A stretch of 59,912 bases of DNA from a virus (IMGVR_UViG_3300025770_001265:1-59912), one strand, 5' to 3'; shown: positions 30,130 through 40,606, counted from the first letter of the stretch. The notes: a model not told the origin generated them from the letters alone. Translations and numbers: made by a program.

Positions 30130-31088
30130 AAAATAATAAGTTTAAACTCGATACTATACACCTACGAGCCGAAGAAATTGCAATACCCGTAGCCGGTGCT
30201 ATAGGTGCTATATTATATCAAAGAATTAAGTTTTACTGTGATTTGAATAAGGAGGGCAATAAAGTTAAGTACGAGGAAGATGGTCGCTGGTGGACATGGG
30301 CATCGTATGGATCGTTAGCTGATGAGTACGTATATTGGTCTGTAGATCAGATAAGAAGGTCGCTAGGTAAGTTAGTTGATTCTGGATTACTGTTGGTGAA
30401 ACATAGAGCACGTCAGTTTAAAAATTCAAGTAAGTATAGCTCAAGATCGCTAGATGAATGGTTAGTTTCTGATTTATTCCAATCCCTTGACGAGAGTAAA
30501 AGAAAATTAGTTTTAAAAATCTGTGACAAGCGAAACATAGTTACCAGCTATGGTGAAAACCACACAAGGTATGGCAAAAACCACACACCTTGTGGCAAAA
30601 ACCACATAGCCAATACAGATATAGTAACAAATATAAGAAACAATTTATCTGAACTTTCGAATTTCGAAGACTTGAGCGAAAAGGAATTTCTAGAAATAGA
30701 ATATAATTCCTTAATTATAACGAAGGATCAATATGACGCCATGATCTTCCATTTCGGTAGATTGTTTAATTCCACGTTAGTCCGCCAGAAAGATTTAGAT
30801 TCCTCAATATTGATTTTATACTCCGGAAATCTATACAACACGCAATATCCTTATTGGGTTAGGTTGTTGTACGGAGTTGAGCAGAGTATTCTATCTAAAG
30901 ATACAATCAAAGGAATTGCGGAAAATATTAATGAGGAACTGGGTAGTAACCCCTACATAGTAAATATCCTACGTAAAGAGTTACCTGCGGATTTTGACTG
31001 GACTAGCCTTGGTATAGATCCTGACTTCTATGAGGGTTCCTGGAGTAACCTATACCACAAACTATTCACGGATGTTAAAAAATGTTAA
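30126..31088 (+). CDS. Phage replication initiator-like winged-HTH protein
   Basis: AILYQRIKFY...DGRWWTWASYGSLADEYVYWSVDQIRRSLGKLVDSGLL, followed by a repeat linker (YGENHTR/YGKNHTP/CGKNHIA). Confidence 0.7.
   Translation: MKNNKFKLDTIHLRAEEIAIPVAGAIGAILYQRIKFYCDLNKEGNKVKYEEDGRWWTWASYGSLADEYVYWSVDQIRRSLGKLVDSGLLLVKHRARQFKNSSKYSSRSLDEWLVSDLFQSLDESKRKLVLKICDKRNIVTSYGENHTRYGKNHTPCGKNHIANTDIVTNIRNNLSELSNFEDLSEKEFLEIEYNSLIITKDQYDAMIFHFGRLFNSTLVRQKDLDSSILILYSGNLYNTQYPYWVRLLYGVEQSILSKDTIKGIAENINEELGSNPYIVNILRKELPADFDWTSLGIDPDFYEGSWSNLYHKLFTDVKKC
30549..30611. repeat. Three 21-bp iteron-like direct repeats
   Basis: tatggtgaaaaccacacaagg / tatggcaaaaaccacacacct / tgtggcaaaaaccacatagcc; each has internal dyad symmetry TRTGG-N6-CCACA. 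Confidence 0.8.
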
Positions 31089-32305
31089 AATTAAAAGAAC
31101 AATCCAATATTATATTAGGTTCCTCATGTCCTGACGACATTGATGACGAGGTATTAGTTCTGGCTCAAAGATTGTCTAAAATACACGGTTTGGTGAAGTT
31201 AGCCTCAGAGTCTGGCGGTGTGCATATGTATATAGCATCTCCCATTTGTTTAGCGGAGTTTGGTCCTGATGAGCTTCTCCCCTCTAAGATGCACCTAGCA
31301 GTCAATGCTGACAAATATCTAGGCCGACCCCCTTATAGCGAGCCAAATGACTACTCAGCCCTCTGTATGAAGACAGGAGAGATATATAGTATATCCGACC
31401 TTCTATCGTACAGTAGTCTGGAACTTAGAGGTTATACCGGCGTAAGGCATCAAGTCGCAATTGTTGAGAAGAATGATTATCTAATGGAAGACGCCCAAGG
31501 AAATAAAATTCCTAAAGCACCAGGGGATGTAATTTCACTAGCCGATCTGCAGGATGATCATCCCGTAATTGTATATTTAAAAAGCCGTGATTTTGACCCT
31601 CAAAAGCTAGTAACTCAATTTGACGCTAGTTTTTGTACAGAGCATAGTGATGGTTATTGGAAGGATCTAGGTTCGGGGTTTAGAGCGTCCCCCAAGCACA
31701 GGCTAGTATTTAATATTGATATTAAAGGCGTACGACGAGGCTGGCAGGCTAGGATACTAGAATTAAAAATTAAAGGCTCAGACGGTGAGAAGTATCATTT
31801 TTTCTATAACTCAGATAAGCCTATTTGGACCCCTGTTAAAGTTTTAGATGAAAGCACTGATGAGTGGATCCTAATGCCGGGATTTTCAGAGTGGAATCCA
31901 CCTAAATATATGCTTGGATACGGCACCAGACGTAACTTATGTTTAATGGGTTTTGATGCTGCTTTGGCTATTAATAAAGATAAAGAAAAATCGTGGATAG
32001 GGCTAACTGAGGGTCCATTAGACGCAGCTAGGTTGGGGTCACCATTTTGCGCGGCTATGGGTAAAAGTTTATCACCCAAGCAAGCAGACTTATGTAGGTT
32101 ATTTGAATTTGTAGTTGTTGCTATACAGAATGATGAGGCTGGGGGTCAATTCAGGGAGTCAGCCGTAAAGCAATTACGTAATGTAGGATTACCAGTAGCT
32201 GTAATTGAACCGCCTAGTGACTCTATTAAAGACTACGGCGATATGAGTCAATTAGATGCTGATAGCTTTATGGTAGAGATAAGAGATAAATATAAACTAG
32301 AATGA
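31082..32305 (+). CDS. dnaG: DNA primase (TOPRIM)
   Basis: YLKSR, GWQAR, PKY, LTEGPLDA, QNDEAG and KDYGD; positioned between helicase and polymerase. Confidence 0.8.
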   Translation: MLKLKEQSNIILGSSCPDDIDDEVLVLAQRLSKIHGLVKLASESGGVHMYIASPICLAEFGPDELLPSKMHLAVNADKYLGRPPYSEPNDYSALCMKTGEIYSISDLLSYSSLELRGYTGVRHQVAIVEKNDYLMEDAQGNKIPKAPGDVISLADLQDDHPVIVYLKSRDFDPQKLVTQFDASFCTEHSDGYWKDLGSGFRASPKHRLVFNIDIKGVRRGWQARILELKIKGSDGEKYHFFYNSDKPIWTPVKVLDESTDEWILMPGFSEWNPPKYMLGYGTRRNLCLMGFDAALAINKDKEKSWIGLTEGPLDAARLGSPFCAAMGKSLSPKQADLCRLFEFVVVAIQNDEAGGQFRESAVKQLRNVGLPVAVIEPPSDSIKDYGDMSQLDADSFMVEIRDKYKLE

Positions 32306-35300
32306 AAAATATAACTTTTAACAAATACCCTTTTTTCTTTATAGATCAGAAGCCACCTAAAAAAGTAAAAAAAAATGTTTACATCGAAGGGAAAATTCAT
32401 TTCGCAGGAGTAGGTAATTTAGATAGTGATATTGTATTTGTTGCCCCTACCCCTTTAAGAGAAGATGAGCTCAATGACGACTCCCCTCCGGGATTATTAA
32501 AAGGAGACGTCGGCGCCATCTTTAGGCGTCTTTGCTCTAGGGCGGGTCTTGGTAACGTGGAGAAGACATGCTACTTTACGACTATTTCTAAATACTCAGT
32601 TCCTGATGGTGAAAAACGTGCATTAAAAAAAGAAGAATTAAATTGGAGTGAACCTTGGCTTGATTCTGAATTAAAGGAAATTAAACCCAAAGTAATAGTT
32701 TGCCTTGGTAGGCACGTATTTAATTACTTTCATGATTTAATAGTTGAATCCAAATCCGATAATAAAAAGGGAGTTAAAATATCTGTAGGTTTTGACGATG
32801 CTCTAGGTGCATTTTTTCGCTGTAATAAATATAACTGTGTTATTTACTGCATGGATAAAATAACTAATCCTAGGTATCAGCCTCATCAAATTGCTAGATT
32901 TGTTTTAGACCTCAAACAGGTTAAAAAATTTCAAGAATCAATTGATGGCGGCGATCCTGAAATTATTAAACAGGATTATTTAGTAGTAGATGATATTGAT
33001 AAATTATCTTCTCTTTTCGCTATGTTCCGTGCATTGAATATTGATATGCTGTCTGTGGACTGCGAATGGGGAGGTAGAACTTATTTAGATGGTAAATTAA
33101 GATCTATACAGTTTTGTTGGGCGCCAGGTAAGGCAGCTTATATTAAGTTCTACGACCAGAGGGGCGATTGGTGCTTCGGAACTACTACATGGTCTGATCT
33201 ACGAGATTTATTTCAGGAGCTGAAAGATATGCGCTGGATAGGCCATAATGTCTGCGCAGATTTTGTTTGGATGGAACATGTTCTAGGTTTAAATACATAT
33301 CAAAAATGTATATTTGATACTATGTATGCTGAGAGCGTAATAGATGAATATGCAGATCAGAAATTAGAGAGGTTGGCTCTTAAATATACAGATCTGGGTC
33401 GTTACGATGTGGAACTTAGTATATGGAAAAAAATAAATAAATCCGCAAGAGCTAAGAAACTATTAGCTGATGATGATGAGGATGAAGCTCAAATATTCGA
33501 AACTAATGAAGATGAAGGTTACGCCTCAGTTCCAGACGATATTCTAATACCGTACGCTTGTAAGGATGTGGATACCGTCTTTCGTGCCTATCCGATTTTA
33601 AAAGAAAAACTTAGGAAATGTGAAATAGAGTCTTACTATTATGGTATATTACTTCCTTTTGTTTCAGATGCATTCACAAGCATGATAATGACCGGGCTGC
33701 CAATAGACAAAGATTACTTAGTTAAATTGGGCTCAGATTTTGAACAAGTATTTCACCAACTACAAATCGATATACGAGAAAGAATGGTTGTTCAGGCTAA
33801 GCGCATACTATTTGAATGTTTATGGCAGAACGTTACTGGCGAGGAAGAAGTGACGGAATTATATAATAATGTTATTAGACTCTTTGAGACAGACGAAGTT
33901 AATAATTTTAAAGAGGCCTGGACTTGCGTAAAACAGAGTGTTGGGCCAAACGCAGCACCTGAGGCTAAGGAAGTTTTAGAGCATCTTTGGATTAGCCCCT
34001 CATTCAATATACGAAGTAATATTCATATGGTGCGCTGGTTGTATTGTGCTTTAAAGTTAAATCCTATTAAAACAACAAAAGGTGCTAATGGTATGTCTAT
34101 CTCGTGGGATAAAGTTTTAGACTTACCCAAGGAGCAGCAATCTAATTATAAACCAGCAGCAGATAAACAAACACTGCAGATCTTAGAGTATGAGGATCCT
34201 TTGGTGTCACGTGTTTTGCAGTTAAATTCGGTTGGTAATTTAATTAAAGGATTTCTAGCTAAAAAAGGAAGTTCATCTAAAAATGCTTTGATAAACTGGA
34301 TACAATCAGACGGTAAGCTACATTGTAATTATTCATGTACTGAAACAGGGAGACCTAGAAGTTGGAAACCCAATGTATTAAACTATCCGAAACGAGTTAC
34401 AAAATGGATACAAGATGCTTTTGAAGAGATGGACTTAGGATCTCCAGGTAGCGTTAGGTCCTGTACCTATGCTGGTGCTGATTGGTGTTTTGTTGATGCG
34501 GATTTAGATACTGCAGAGGTTGTAAGCTTAGCTTTCATATCAGGCGACGAGGGTATGATTGAAATGTGTAGAGCGGAGGACGCTCAATTTTTATTGGTGG
34601 ATGCAGCTAAAGCTAAGAAATTAGATATTCCTGTTTTTTTAAGCAAAGGAATTGCCATGGTACGAGTTCAGTGGATTAACGATTACACATCTATAACATC
34701 TGAATCCATGGCTAGTATGCCACTATGTGATGATTATAGTAAAATTTTATTAAATGGTGAAAAAATGAGTCCTGTGCGAGATATGCACTGGGAGATGGCT
34801 GAGGCTATGCAGAACAAACCTAGGGAGTTACTTGATGAAGATTTAGATCGAGGTGCTGGTAAGGTTGGAATGTTCTCTATACCGTATGGAGCTCAAAGTC
34901 ATTTATTAGAGCGTGAGATTGAAACCCTTACTGGAGTAAAGCCAGAGGAGGGAATTGGTCTAAAGTTAATAGAGGCTTATAAACAAAAGTTCCCTAAAGC
35001 TAATGCTTTTCTTGAAAAGCAGGAATTGATTGTTGAAAATCCAGGATACTATAGAACTATTTCTGGTAGAGTCAGACACTTTCATGTTAATTTAATTTCT
35101 GAAGACATAACATCTGGGTGGGGTAAGAAAAGTCTTATCTCGCCTCTAACACGTGAGTCTCGAAATTATCCTATGCAGGAAATGGTGGCTGCGACAATGA
35201 TGAGAGCCCAGGTTTCATTATTAAACGCATTTATTGATGCGGGTATGAAAGCTAGGCCGATGATAATGTTATATGATGCATTAGTTGTTCACTGTCCGGA

Positions 35301-35466
35301 AGATGAGCGATGGCAAGTTGATGATATGATGAAGGAACATTTAAGCGTAAAAACGTTTTGGATGGTTCATAATCGAAAATTAAACTTTACAATCGACTCA
35401 AATTTCTCAAAAAGATGGGGAGCAAAACTTACCAAAGAAGAACATAAAAGGCTTTATGCCAAATAA
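32302..35466 (+). CDS. polA: Family A DNA polymerase with N-terminal family-4 UDG-like domain
   Basis: UDG-like GVGNLDSDIVFV...LDSELKEIKPKVIVCLGR; exonuclease motifs VDCE, GHNVCADF, YACKDV; polymerase motifs TETGRPRSWKPN, DADLDTAEV, RGAGKVGMFSIPYG, NYPMQ, MLYDAL. Confidence 0.9.
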   Translation: MKNITFNKYPFFFIDQKPPKKVKKNVYIEGKIHFAGVGNLDSDIVFVAPTPLREDELNDDSPPGLLKGDVGAIFRRLCSRAGLGNVEKTCYFTTISKYSVPDGEKRALKKEELNWSEPWLDSELKEIKPKVIVCLGRHVFNYFHDLIVESKSDNKKGVKISVGFDDALGAFFRCNKYNCVIYCMDKITNPRYQPHQIARFVLDLKQVKKFQESIDGGDPEIIKQDYLVVDDIDKLSSLFAMFRALNIDMLSVDCEWGGRTYLDGKLRSIQFCWAPGKAAYIKFYDQRGDWCFGTTTWSDLRDLFQELKDMRWIGHNVCADFVWMEHVLGLNTYQKCIFDTMYAESVIDEYADQKLERLALKYTDLGRYDVELSIWKKINKSARAKKLLADDDEDEAQIFETNEDEGYASVPDDILIPYACKDVDTVFRAYPILKEKLRKCEIESYYYGILLPFVSDAFTSMIMTGLPIDKDYLVKLGSDFEQVFHQLQIDIRERMVVQAKRILFECLWQNVTGEEEVTELYNNVIRLFETDEVNNFKEAWTCVKQSVGPNAAPEAKEVLEHLWISPSFNIRSNIHMVRWLYCALKLNPIKTTKGANGMSISWDKVLDLPKEQQSNYKPAADKQTLQILEYEDPLVSRVLQLNSVGNLIKGFLAKKGSSSKNALINWIQSDGKLHCNYSCTETGRPRSWKPNVLNYPKRVTKWIQDAFEEMDLGSPGSVRSCTYAGADWCFVDADLDTAEVVSLAFISGDEGMIEMCRAEDAQFLLVDAAKAKKLDIPVFLSKGIAMVRVQWINDYTSITSESMASMPLCDDYSKILLNGEKMSPVRDMHWEMAEAMQNKPRELLDEDLDRGAGKVGMFSIPYGAQSHLLEREIETLTGVKPEEGIGLKLIEAYKQKFPKANAFLEKQELIVENPGYYRTISGRVRHFHVNLISEDITSGWGKKSLISPLTRESRNYPMQEMVAATMMRAQVSLLNAFIDAGMKARPMIMLYDALVVHCPEDERWQVDDMMKEHLSVKTFWMVHNRKLNFTIDSNFSKRWGAKLTKEEHKRLYAK

Positions 35467-35501
35467 ACTAAAAATAAACTAAAAAAAAGGAATATAAGAA
35501 A

Positions 35502-36743
35502 ATGTTAAAAGGCGGATCAGAAAGTGAAGTAAAAGATAGTTATACTCATGGGTTTTTTCATGAGGGAGTAGATAGTTATGTAATCAGGGCGTCACAGCCT
35601 ATCGAACTGCGCATATTACCAGCATTCGACACGAACCTAAAATCTGGATCGGATGAATTCCTAGAAAGTACTGTACCGTACAGGGATAGAAGTTTACCTG
35701 AGGATTATTATACAAAATCTCCAGGATTTTCATCATTCTATTATCCTGTAGCTGGTTATACGTTTTATGGTAATAATAAACTTTCGTGGCTTTGCCCATT
35801 AACGGGCGGCTCGACAAATAGACAAGGGATTTGCCCAGCAGCAGATGTATATAAATATTGCTTTAAAAATGAAGATGCTGCTTTGCATGCTTTGACAGTA
35901 AGCAAAAGTAAAACGGATCGTGCCATGGTAGTTCGCACTCGTGTATTTGGGTTGTTGAATTGTTACATGAAAGACCCGCGCACAAACGAAGCCGGAAATA
36001 AGATTCTTATCATAACACAAGCATCTTTAAACCAATTAAAGAAACGTTTATCGACAAGAGCAGGACGAGAAGATCCTATAATTACTGAAGACTTCAAAGA
36101 GTTTCTTTTTGGAGATATCACAGATATGAAAACTGGCTCTATAGCTATGATTAGAGAGACTCATATAGAAGATAATCCATCTTTAAAATTCGCTGGCGTT
36201 TTCTTTAGCGAGAAAGATGGATATTTGGACGGCAGAAAAGCTGATGTTCTTGATCCTAAGAAAAAGGAAGTAAAGGAAATACTTAGGGGTAGGTACAACA
36301 TAGCAGATGATGAGTCTATTACTAATATTCGTAGTTATGACGAGATTCTTGAGATGATAGTATCAGATGGTGCAATCCCATATAATATAATTGAACGTGC
36401 GTGCAGTCGCTATGCGGAAAACGGTATACCTTCAGCGCCTAAGGGTGTTGTCGCAGTAACGCCAGTAATTCAGGAGGTGTCTCCTCCAGAAGAAGTACAG
36501 CAAACGCCTGTAGTAGAGGAAGATGCTATTGTGGAAACTCCCACAGAGTCTAATGAGGATGAGGCAGAAAATGCTCCTCAGGTAGCAGTAGAGGCTCCTC
36601 AAGCTAGTACTAAGTTAGACCCCAAAGATGAAAAGCGTTTTTGGGATCTACATAAGCGTTACGAGGAAAATCACGCTGAGATGACCGGCGAAGATTTGTC
36701 TGACTACTTCACTCTTCGTATAAAGAGCGGAGTTCAGGTTTAG
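35502..36743 (+). CDS. Putative ssDNA-binding/recombination protein
   Basis: IELRILPAF start motif, acidic/Pro-rich tail and position between polymerase and recombinase, as for gp32-like SSBs. Confidence 0.5.
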   Translation: MLKGGSESEVKDSYTHGFFHEGVDSYVIRASQPIELRILPAFDTNLKSGSDEFLESTVPYRDRSLPEDYYTKSPGFSSFYYPVAGYTFYGNNKLSWLCPLTGGSTNRQGICPAADVYKYCFKNEDAALHALTVSKSKTDRAMVVRTRVFGLLNCYMKDPRTNEAGNKILIITQASLNQLKKRLSTRAGREDPIITEDFKEFLFGDITDMKTGSIAMIRETHIEDNPSLKFAGVFFSEKDGYLDGRKADVLDPKKKEVKEILRGRYNIADDESITNIRSYDEILEMIVSDGAIPYNIIERACSRYAENGIPSAPKGVVAVTPVIQEVSPPEEVQQTPVVEEDAIVETPTESNEDEAENAPQVAVEAPQASTKLDPKDEKRFWDLHKRYEENHAEMTGEDLSDYFTLRIKSGVQV

Positions 36744-36767
36744 ATTAAAACAAACAACTAGGCTAGT

Positions 36768-36799
36768 ATTACCACCCCCCATCCAAGGGGGGTGGTAAT
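36768..36799. other. Perfect 13-bp GC-rich hairpin
   Basis: ATTACCACCCCCC-ATCCAA-GGGGGGTGGTAAT; no clear U-tract. Confidence 0.7.
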
Positions 36800-36828
36800 T
36801 AGTCTTGTTACAACTGAGGATTTAATTA

Positions 36829-38109
36829 ATGCCAAAAAAGAATACTAAGGCTACGGTTAAAACATTTGATCTCTTATCTGACGACAATCATGCTGATCAA
36901 GTTAGAGAGACAATGCTTACCATAGCATCTAAGAATAAAAAAGTTACAGGAGTTGAATTATATAGTAATGCTACAAAACCCTATGTGGAGTTGAAAAATA
37001 ACATACTTTTCCAGCAAGCTATTGGAATGCGTGGAATACCACACGGGACTTTGATTGAAATAATCGGACAAGATGGTATAGGTAAAACTTCATTAATATG
37101 GACCATAGCAGGTTATGCTATGTTACAAAATTCACCATTTTTTCTGGTTGAGTCTGAGGCTAAACCTATGGATAAAAATCGCGTGATGAGGTGCTTGTCA
37201 GATAATAGAGAATTGTCACAAAAAATGGTAGATCGCGTACTTGTGTCTAAATGCATTTCTATACTAGATGCTGTAGATGAGATAGAAAATTGGGTAGTAG
37301 CGCAGCGTGATACAATAGGCGTTCCATTAGAAACTCCTTTATTCTGCGCTATCGATACTTTTTCTAAACTAATGGCACCTAAGGAAGCAGAAGGTCGCGG
37401 ATTTTATGAGGGAGTCAAGGGAGCTAAAAAAGCTAAAACTCTTGAAGAACTAGGTACAGGTTCGAATTTTGAACATGCTAAATATGCTCAAAAATGGTGT
37501 AGAACATTACCTGCCTGGTTAAGTAAATATAATGTAATATTGTTCATAGTAAGCCATCAAAATCAAAAAATAGATATGGGGTTCGGTGGAGGTTCGTTCT
37601 CTAGCGATGCATTTAATCGCACAAAAATTGGAGGTAACGCTTTTAATCAAAATGCTGCTCTTCAGCTTATTCTTACACGAGAAGGGTTTCTTCTTCAAAA
37701 TGGCGAGAAAGTAGGTACAAAGGTTAAAGCTACAATCTCTAAAAATAGTTATGGACCTGAGGGTGGTATTATCCGGTATGAATTAGTATCTAGACCTTGG
37801 TTGGATGACGGCGATAATTACCAGCAACCGTCTTTGTATTTCGATAATACTACAGCAGATTGGTTTGCTCAAAATAATATCCTAAACGCACGTGTAGAAA
37901 GAAAACGTTATACATGTGAGGCATTGGAAGCTACCGCAGTTAAGGCAGATGAATTTTGTAAAAAATTATACGCAAACCCTGATTTAGTTTCAAGCCTGGG
38001 TACAGAGCGTCAAATATTGGGTTATCCTGTATTTGATTCAAGTGCGGACTATGAGGTAATAGGAGACGATGAATTATTAATTGAAGAGGATATTGATAAA
38101 GATGAGTAA
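36829..38109 (+). CDS. recA: RecA/UvsX-like recombinase
   Basis: GIPHGTLIEIIGQDGIGKT, VESE, AIDT, SHQ, IGGNAF and ISKNSYG. Confidence 0.9.
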   Translation: MPKKNTKATVKTFDLLSDDNHADQVRETMLTIASKNKKVTGVELYSNATKPYVELKNNILFQQAIGMRGIPHGTLIEIIGQDGIGKTSLIWTIAGYAMLQNSPFFLVESEAKPMDKNRVMRCLSDNRELSQKMVDRVLVSKCISILDAVDEIENWVVAQRDTIGVPLETPLFCAIDTFSKLMAPKEAEGRGFYEGVKGAKKAKTLEELGTGSNFEHAKYAQKWCRTLPAWLSKYNVILFIVSHQNQKIDMGFGGGSFSSDAFNRTKIGGNAFNQNAALQLILTREGFLLQNGEKVGTKVKATISKNSYGPEGGIIRYELVSRPWLDDGDNYQQPSLYFDNTTADWFAQNNILNARVERKRYTCEALEATAVKADEFCKKLYANPDLVSSLGTERQILGYPVFDSSADYEVIGDDELLIEEDIDKDE

Positions 38110-38536
38110 ACTTACAGTAAATCAATTGAGTCGTATGTTTACCAAGGCTTTTGGACTTAAAAAATTCTTAGCTTGTAATAATCATAATGATATCTTGGAG
38201 ATATTATTCCAAGAAGTTGATAGGTTTAACGCGCCTTGTGACGTTTATGATATATTTGTATTTAACGAGCGTATACCTATTTACACAGATTTAAATAATC
38301 CTTCTTCTAGCATTCGACAGTCTTTATATGATCGCCCCGGAGAGGTTGTTCTTGTAGCAGACTCTTTTATGATGGGTTTCGACGGTCTTCATTTAATTAC
38401 GTTAACTCCTTCCTTTTTGACAATTAATGATTGGCTTCAAAAATCCCAACAAGGAAAACATGAAATGTACATTCGTAGTATCGGATCAGAAGATATAAGT
38501 TTAGTTAGCAAATTAAGATCATTTATAGCATCGTAA
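38081..38536 (+). CDS. Hypothetical protein (true start probably ATG at 38102)
   Basis: ORF in the operon. Confidence 0.55.
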   Translation: MKRILIKMSKLTVNQLSRMFTKAFGLKKFLACNNHNDILEILFQEVDRFNAPCDVYDIFVFNERIPIYTDLNNPSSSIRQSLYDRPGEVVLVADSFMMGFDGLHLITLTPSFLTINDWLQKSQQGKHEMYIRSIGSEDISLVSKLRSFIAS

Positions 38537-38970
38537 TGATTAAACAATGGAATCCTAGATTTGGATTCTATATGCCCATAAAAAGTAATAGGCATGTAAA
38601 GCCTATAAATAAAGTTACTCGTAATGACTATAGTAGGCATATAGGTCCTGTACCTTTAATAGAATTGTGGTCCGACGATGATAATTTAATTCAGTCAGAC
38701 AAAGTAGATTTAATTTTAGAATTTGGAATACGCGCAACTGACGTACGAAATCCCAGGTTCGGAGATATGGTAGCAATGGTTGATTATCAAAATTTTAGTT
38801 TATATAAGCATTATATTTACCATAAAGGATTTACCTCAAATACAGATAAATACATATATTCAATAGAAAGCAGTAGAAGGTATCCCAAAAAATATATATG
38901 CCCAGGTAATGCTACGCATTTATTTGTGCGCGATATAATCCTAGAGGGGAAAGAGAAAAATGAGAAATAA
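38536..38970 (+). CDS. Hypothetical protein
   Basis: 144-aa ORF, TAATG coupling. Confidence 0.6.
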   Translation: MIKQWNPRFGFYMPIKSNRHVKPINKVTRNDYSRHIGPVPLIELWSDDDNLIQSDKVDLILEFGIRATDVRNPRFGDMVAMVDYQNFSLYKHYIYHKGFTSNTDKYIYSIESSRRYPKKYICPGNATHLFVRDIILEGKEKNEK

Positions 38971-40606
38971 TATACTATGTAAGGCTACATATGAAAGAGG
39001 TGCATCTAATCTACCTAGAATTTTGAAAGAAATGGGTTTTGAAAGTTTAAGGCCGGGGCAATCTGATGCTGTACATAACATACTAGGTAAGAGAGACACA
39101 CTATGTTTTATGCCAACTGCATTTGGTAAGTCTGCTATATACCAAATACCCACTCTATGTCTTGGGTGGAAAACTTTGGTTTTTAGTCCATTGTTATCTT
39201 TAATGCAGGACCAAGTTGAGTCCCTACAGAATAAAGGATTTCAAGCCGGCCAGGTATCTAGTAATCAAGGCGCAGCAGAGAATAGTTTAACTATGTCAGA
39301 CTGGGAGATGGGAGAACTTAGTTTCCTTTTTGTAGCTCCGGAAAAATTATCTAATGACAGGTTTGTGCGTTCCATGACGAAGGTACGTCCTGATTTTATA
39401 GTAGTTGATGAGGCTCATTGTATTTCATCTTGGGGTGATACTTTTAGACCTAGTTATCAAAATATAGGTTTATTCGTAGAGCTTATGAATCCTTCTGTCG
39501 TACTCGCGATGACTGCTACTAAAACTCATGAAGTAGAGTCTGATGTGAAGCAAAAACTGTCGATTGCTGGTTGTTCAAAAGTTGATTATTTTCCCAGGCG
39601 TGAAAATTTAATTTATAGTTCTGAAGCATTTCAGCTAACTAAGTTTTTAAGGTCTGTAAATAATGCCATTGGCTCTGTAATTGTATACTGTGCAAGTATA
39701 CGCGAAGTAGAGGAGATATATAATTTAACAAAAACAAATATTATTGGTGGTGCTCTATTGTATCATGGTGAAATGCAATCTGGTAAACGCGTGTCAAATC
39801 AATCTATGTTTATGTCTAATAGAGTTCGAGTAATGTTTGCTACGAAAGCTTTTGGTATGGGTATAGACAAGTCAGATATAAGGACAATAATTCATAAGGG
39901 ATATACATCTTCGCTCGAAGATTATGCCCAAGAAACTGGTAGGGCAGGTCGTGATGGTAAAGAATCTAAATGCATACTTATGTATGATTCAAAGTCAATG
40001 GATGTGCAGCACTGGTTTATAGATAGTAAATTTCCAAATAAAGCAATGTTCAGTCGCGTGTATAGGCATTTAAACTTAAAGAAAGATAGAAATGATTATG
40101 CATATATAAGTAATAAATCTATAGGTGATGCTTTAGGCGTACATGGCGCTGTAATAGGTTCCTGCATTAATGTTATGAACCAGGCTGGAGTTATAGAAAA
40201 AAAAGTTTTATCTAGAAAATTATTTAAAGCCAAGATACTCAAAGAACATATTAATGAGAAATATCAAAACATAATTTCAGCAATAGAGGATCTAGGCGTG
40301 CCCTCAGAGTCTGATTCTGGGTTTTATGAAGTCGATATTGACTACGTAGCTTCTACCCAAAATATCAAGACACCAACATTACGTAATAAATTAAAAGAAT
40401 TAAATAAAGAAGGTTATATTATATTTATACCACCCTTCAGAGGAAGTCCTGTTAAAATAGTGGGAACTTTAAGCTTGATTAGTTTCGAAACTTTAGAGAG
40501 AAAGGCTGAATCTGAACGTCAAAAATTAGGTACTGTACAAAATTATATTAATTGCCCGGACACTAATAAACAGGAATTTTTACATAATTATTTTGATGAA
40601 TCCTGA
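38960..40606 (+). CDS. recQ: RecQ-family helicase
   Basis: GFESLRPGQ, MPTAFGKS, SPLLSLMQDQV, VDEAHCISSWGDTFRPSY, MTAT, ATKAFGMGIDK and QETGRAGRDG. Confidence 0.95.
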   Translation: MRNNILCKATYERGASNLPRILKEMGFESLRPGQSDAVHNILGKRDTLCFMPTAFGKSAIYQIPTLCLGWKTLVFSPLLSLMQDQVESLQNKGFQAGQVSSNQGAAENSLTMSDWEMGELSFLFVAPEKLSNDRFVRSMTKVRPDFIVVDEAHCISSWGDTFRPSYQNIGLFVELMNPSVVLAMTATKTHEVESDVKQKLSIAGCSKVDYFPRRENLIYSSEAFQLTKFLRSVNNAIGSVIVYCASIREVEEIYNLTKTNIIGGALLYHGEMQSGKRVSNQSMFMSNRVRVMFATKAFGMGIDKSDIRTIIHKGYTSSLEDYAQETGRAGRDGKESKCILMYDSKSMDVQHWFIDSKFPNKAMFSRVYRHLNLKKDRNDYAYISNKSIGDALGVHGAVIGSCINVMNQAGVIEKKVLSRKLFKAKILKEHINEKYQNIISAIEDLGVPSESDSGFYEVDIDYVASTQNIKTPTLRNKLKELNKEGYIIFIPPFRGSPVKIVGTLSLISFETLERKAESERQKLGTVQNYINCPDTNKQEFLHNYFDES

